Shown here one piece after another: positions 59,990 through 64,000 of a stretch of 64,000 nucleotides of DNA. The stretch is from an uncultured archaeon. Lineage in GTDB: Archaea; EX4484-52; JAADEF01. The DNA lies in NCBI GenBank assembly GCA_964407715.1, contig CAYOWP010000004.1:1-64000 (forward strand), given 5' to 3'. Both the position numbers and the translations under genes were made by a program. Numbering within the stretch: position 1 is the stretch's first letter; every line of letters begins with the position of its first letter. The notes under the pieces are model-generated. The model was not told the origin of the DNA. It did not search any database and saw only the letters and a list, made by a program, of their open reading frames with translations.

Positions 59990-61645
59990 TCATATCTTAG
60001 ACAAAGGTTTAATTCCAATAATATCAAAAACAATACTTAAAACATCTCTTACTAAAAAAGAAAGATACATTCCAGCATGCTCAAACTTAGGGTTATCAAT
60101 AAAGCGTATGTTTTGATATAAGGTGTTATATCTCTTACATAGCTCTATGCTATATATAACCAAATAATGTGGGTCATAATTATCTATGCTTTTCTTAATA
60201 TAAAAAGGAAACTTATAGATGAAATTCAAAAGTTTTTCTGATGCATTGTTCTCTTTAAGCATTTTCAATATCTTTTCCTGATTTAGCTCATTTTCCTGTT
60301 TTTTATCTTTATATTTGTTGATAAGGGATTGTATTCTTGCATAGGTATAAACCAAATAAATTGCATTCTCATTGTTGAATGTGGTGAATTTCTTAACATC
60401 AAACATAAAGTTTTTTCTTCTGCTCTGTGAAAGTAAAGCAAATTTTATGGTATTTATGGCAAGCCTTTCCAAGTTATCATGCAATATCTCTTTTTCCCTT
60501 TTTTCAAAATCTTCTTTGATTTTCTCTTTTAGAAAATCTATGAACTCATCAACAAAAACAACATTTCCTTTTCTTGTGGAGAACTTGCCTTCTGGTAAAT
60601 ACAGCAATCCAAAATCCACATGAACCAAATCGCTATCGCATAACCCTGCTTTTTTAGCAGCATAAAAAATCTTCTCAAAATATTGCTGCTGCTCATTTCC
60701 AACCACATAAAGTATTGCTAAGGGATTATATTTGTTGCATCTAAATCTTATCGCAATCAAGTCACGTGTTGAATATAATGTTCTCTCTCCTTTTTTATAT
60801 ATCACAAGATTGCCATAAGGAGTAGGAATCAAAACACTGCCATCTTTCTCATCTATAAAAGCAATCTTTCTTTTAATGAGATTCTCTATCAATGAATTTG
60901 CATGTTCAACTTGATTGCTCTCGCTATCATACACATCAAAAGATATATTGAGCTTATCATATATTCTCTTAAACTCTCTCATGCTAACCTCACAAAATCT
61001 CTTCCATAATTCAAAATTCTCTCTATCCCCATTTTCCAATTTTATAAATTCCTCTTCTCCCTTCTCTTTTATGCTCTCATCCTTTTCCTCATCTTTATGA
61101 ATTCTTACATATAACTCAAATAAGTATCTTATTCCTCTCTTCTCTAATTCTTTCTCATCACCATATTTTTTATATGCATATATAAGTTTTCCAAATTGCA
61201 ATCCCCAATCACCAAAATAGGTCATTCTTAGAACATTATATCCTGAGATGCTTAACAATTTGCTTAGAGAATCTCCAAGAATTGTTGATCTCAAATGTCC
61301 TACATTAAATGGTTTGCCTATATTAGGAGATGAAAACTCAACAATAACTCTCTCCTTATTTCCAAATCTTGGAATAGATATGGTATTCAAGAAAAGATTT
61401 TTATATGAAACTCTCAGAAAGCAATTATCTAAAGAAAAACTCATTCCTATGCTATCCTCTAATTTTTTCTTTATTTTATCACATCCCTCATTTGAAATGT
61501 TTTTTATTTTATGTAGAGGAATCACAAAAACATAATCATCGCTCTTCTCATATATTGGCTGTACCTCTATGCCATATTCTTCCTTGAGGTATCTGTTTAT
61601 TTTTTCATAGAGTTGATAATAATCAGCTATGCTGTGCTCATCCAT
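59990..61645 (-). CDS. argS: Arginine--tRNA ligase
   Basis: VEFSSPN.GKPFNVGHLRS, GDWGLQFG, KFSTRKG, YL.YTYARI motifs. Confidence 0.95.
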   Translation of the reverse strand: MDEHSIADYYQLYEKINRYLKEEYGIEVQPIYEKSDDYVFVIPLHKIKNISNEGCDKIKKKLEDSIGMSFSLDNCFLRVSYKNLFLNTISIPRFGNKERVIVEFSSPNIGKPFNVGHLRSTILGDSLSKLLSISGYNVLRMTYFGDWGLQFGKLIYAYKKYGDEKELEKRGIRYLFELYVRIHKDEEKDESIKEKGEEEFIKLENGDRENFELWKRFCEVSMREFKRIYDKLNISFDVYDSESNQVEHANSLIENLIKRKIAFIDEKDGSVLIPTPYGNLVIYKKGERTLYSTRDLIAIRFRCNKYNPLAILYVVGNEQQQYFEKIFYAAKKAGLCDSDLVHVDFGLLYLPEGKFSTRKGNVVFVDEFIDFLKEKIKEDFEKREKEILHDNLERLAINTIKFALLSQSRRKNFMFDVKKFTTFNNENAIYLVYTYARIQSLINKYKDKKQENELNQEKILKMLKENNASEKLLNFIYKFPFYIKKSIDNYDPHYLVIYSIELCKRYNTLYQNIRFIDNPKFEHAGMYLSFLVRDVLSIVFDIIGIKPLSKI

Positions 61646-61697
61646 AAATACTTATCCGTCTTAACTTTTTAAAATTCTTTTTATATATGTTTATAAT

Positions 61698-61772
61698 AGC
61701 GGGGTGGAGCAGCTTGGAGTGCTCGTCGGGCTCATAACCCGAAGGTCGCAGGTTCAAATCCTGCCCCCGCTA
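61698..61772 (+). tRNA. Initiator tRNA-Met (CAT)
   Basis: AGCGGGG...CCCCGCT A (A1-U72 pair); anticodon arm TCGGG-CT CAT AA-CCCGA with three G-C pairs. Confidence 0.96.
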
Positions 61773-61802
61773 TAGCTATGCTATAAGGAATTGGGTGTTT
61801 AA

Positions 61803-62480
61803 ATGCATATAAAGAACATCTCAAAAAACCTGATAAAAATAAACAACAAACATTATGCCACATTATCAAAAAAGGAAGGATATAATGTATATGGAGAGAG
61901 AATAATAAGATATAAGAATAGAGAATATCGCATATGGAATCCAACAAAATCAAAATTAGGTGCTGCTTTACACAATAAAATTCCAATAAACATAATCAAG
62001 AAGATAGAATCTTCAAATTATATTTTATACTTAGGTATTGCCAATGGCACAACAGCATCTCATTTAGAGGATCTAAATCCAAATGCTATGATATTTGGTG
62101 TTGAAATTAGTCCAAGAAGCATCATTGATCTCGTTTATATGATAAAAAAGAGGAAAAGCAATATCATTCCAATATTGGAGAATGCAGCACATCCATTAAG
62201 ATATTCCTTTATGGTTGCAAAATCTGATATTCTATATGTGGACATTGCGCAACCCCACCAAACAGATATTGCATTAAGAAATGGAGAGCTATTCTTGAAA
62301 AAAGGAGGTTTGTTATTTCTTGCAATAAAAACGAGATCCATAGATATAAAAAAGAAGCCTGTTGAAATTGTTAAAAAAGAAATAGAAAAAATAGAATCTT
62401 ATGGATATGAGATTAGTTTTAGCACTATGCTGGATCCCTATGAAAGAGATCATGGATTTGTAGTAGCAATAAAAAAATAA
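61803..62480 (+). CDS. flpA: Fibrillarin-like rRNA 2'-O-methyltransferase
   Basis: VYGER, YRIWNP.KSKLGAA, LYLG.ANGTT.SH, DIAQP.Q, LDPYERDH motifs. Confidence 0.95.
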   Translation: MHIKNISKNLIKINNKHYATLSKKEGYNVYGERIIRYKNREYRIWNPTKSKLGAALHNKIPINIIKKIESSNYILYLGIANGTTASHLEDLNPNAMIFGVEISPRSIIDLVYMIKKRKSNIIPILENAAHPLRYSFMVAKSDILYVDIAQPHQTDIALRNGELFLKKGGLLFLAIKTRSIDIKKKPVEIVKKEIEKIESYGYEISFSTMLDPYERDHGFVVAIKK

Positions 62481-62493
62481 TAAGTAAGAGAAT

Positions 62494-63246
62494 TTATTCC
62501 TCTGCACGAGGTGCTAGTATATAATACATCCACAAATCATCGCTATCCTTAAAATCAAATCTTGCAGGTGCATCTTGATTTATGCTTATCTTAACTGTAG
62601 GTGCAACCTTCTTGGCTTTTGTTATCTTCTTAAGATAATCTATGGAATATTTTGCCTTAACATCTTCCTTAGCATCCAATGCTATCACACCTTCTGATTC
62701 TTTCTTAAATTCTGCCTCCATACTTGTAAGCTCACTTTGGGCAGAGATTGTAAATGCTCCATTCTCAAATGAAAATGTGGCTTCATCAGATATGTTAGAT
62801 GCATCTTCTATAGCCTCCACAAATAAACTTGAGAGAATCTCAGCACTTCCCTTGAATTCAAGATTGAGTTCTGGTATTTCTTGAACCTCGCTGTCTAAGA
62901 TAGGTAGAACAAATCTCTTTTCATGCTTGCCCTTTATAATCACATTCAATCTGCTTATATTTTTCTCATTAATTTGAAATATGACCTTATCTGATGCCTT
63001 TGTCTTTTTTAAGGATTGTCTCAACAAATCTATGTTTAGCGTAAGATACACCTTATCCTCTACCTCATATATATCAAAATTCTCCTTACCATAGAACATC
63101 TCTATAAGCGTTACCATTGTTGGATCAGTTGCCTTGAAATGTATTCCCTTTTCATCTATTACAAATGTTCCTTCGCTGAGAAGATTGCTAATTGCATCCA
63201 ATATATCCTTAAAAGTACCTATGCTCATAAATTGCACATTCAACAT
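62494..63246 (-). CDS. pcn: DNA polymerase sliding clamp PCNA
   Basis: ATDPTMV, YSIDYL, YILAPR motifs; 250 aa. Confidence 0.94.
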   Translation of the reverse strand: MLNVQFMSIGTFKDILDAISNLLSEGTFVIDEKGIHFKATDPTMVTLIEMFYGKENFDIYEVEDKVYLTLNIDLLRQSLKKTKASDKVIFQINEKNISRLNVIIKGKHEKRFVLPILDSEVQEIPELNLEFKGSAEILSSLFVEAIEDASNISDEATFSFENGAFTISAQSELTSMEAEFKKESEGVIALDAKEDVKAKYSIDYLKKITKAKKVAPTVKISINQDAPARFDFKDSDDLWMYYILAPRAEE

Positions 63247-63312
63247 ATCATCACCTCTTCACATGATAATATAATTAAATAATAATTTGTAATCTTTAAA
63301 AATGTTATCTTA

Positions 63313-63386
63313 TGGACCCGCCGGGATTTGAACCCGGGCTAATGCCTCCGCAGGGCATTGTGCTAACCAAGCTACACTACGGGTCC
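63313..63386 (-). tRNA. tRNA-Arg (GCG)
   Basis: GGACCCG...CGGGTCC A; anticodon arm ATGCC-CT GCG GA-GGCAT; T arm CCGGG TTCAAAT CCCGG. Confidence 0.93.
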
Positions 63387-63406
63387 AAAAAATAAAAAAG
63401 AATACA

Positions 63407-63631
63407 TTAAAAACTTTTTTTATATCCCTCTCTATATATCACAGGTTTATAAAATCCGCATCTCTCATAATTTCCCTCGAGGGTTCTATAAAATCCATAC
63501 CCTGAACACTCCTTGCATTTGTTTGAATCAGGAATCTCTTTTGGAGAATATACTGTAGGCTTTCCTTTTTCAATCTTCCATCTACATATATAAATACCTC
63601 TCCCTCCGTTCTCCTCCCCTATATCTACCAT
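63407..63631 (-). CDS. Small Cys-rich hypothetical protein
   Basis: GGGAGGTGA RBS before MVDIG; C...CKECSGYG...C pattern. Confidence 0.6.
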   Translation of the reverse strand: MVDIGEENGGRGIYICRWKIEKGKPTVYSPKEIPDSNKCKECSGYGFYRTLEGNYERCGFYKPVIYREGYKKSF

Positions 63632-63682
63632 ATTACTATTCACCTCCCTGTATTTAATTTTTACATTCTTTAAAGTTTCTTT

Positions 63683-64000
63683 TTAAAAATCTATTAATTT
63701 AGATATTATCTTTTCTTTCTTGAATATCTCCAAATCCTCATATCCTTGCCCTGTTCCTAAGAAAAAAATTGGTTTTTTAATGGCATAGCATACATTCAAG
63801 AATGTGCCTCCTTTATTGTCAGCATCAAATTTTGTTATGATGTATCCATCAAATCCAACCTCATTAAATAGCTTAGCTTGAGATATTGCATCATTTCCCG
63901 TAGTAGAATCTATCACCAAAAAAATAAAGGATGGTTTATTTACTCTAATAATCTTTTGAAGCTCATCTATAAGATTCTTATTGATATGCACTCTCCCTGC
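63683..64000 (-). CDS. ftsY: Signal recognition particle receptor FtsY (5' partial)
   Basis: AGR.H..KNL, DSTTGND, TKFDAD.KGG, KPI.FLGTGQGYEDL; ends right after the G domain; runs off the window. Confidence 0.9.
   Translation of the reverse strand, partial: AGRVHINKNLIDELQKIIRVNKPSFIFLVIDSTTGNDAISQAKLFNEVGFDGYIITKFDADNKGGTFLNVCYAIKKPIFFLGTGQGYEDLEIFKKEKIISKLIDF

Overview
AT-rich, compact archaeal chromosome segment. Evidence: aIF5B, aIF6, PCNA, fibrillarin, Taw1, CDC48, prefoldin, NurA, an A1-U72 initiator tRNA, CCA-less tRNAs and GGAGGTGA ribosome-binding sites. Broken conserved operons and many orphan surface proteins suggest a DPANN-type lineage (inference). Housekeeping genes alternate with accessory blocks: an IrrE/ImmA + DUF4411 pair, a Zn-ABC/UDG/MazG/ACR3 island, and a 13-kb co-directional surface cluster (MinD, Ig/CARDB proteins, class III signal-peptide proteins) ending in a lytic-transglycosylase (SLT)-like protein. 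The most striking unexplained structure is non-coding. Most large intergenic gaps hold members of one repeat superfamily. Four tandem arrays consist of ~155-160-bp units, each made of one ~42-bp GTTAAC hairpin plus ~29-bp CTAACC-N9-GGTTAG palindromic modules that are gained, lost and shuffled as blocks. Four elements with terminal inverted repeats (GGCATTGTCC...) carry homologous sequence, and one has a perfect 9-bp target-site duplication. All protein assignments are by motif recognition only; no database searches were run.
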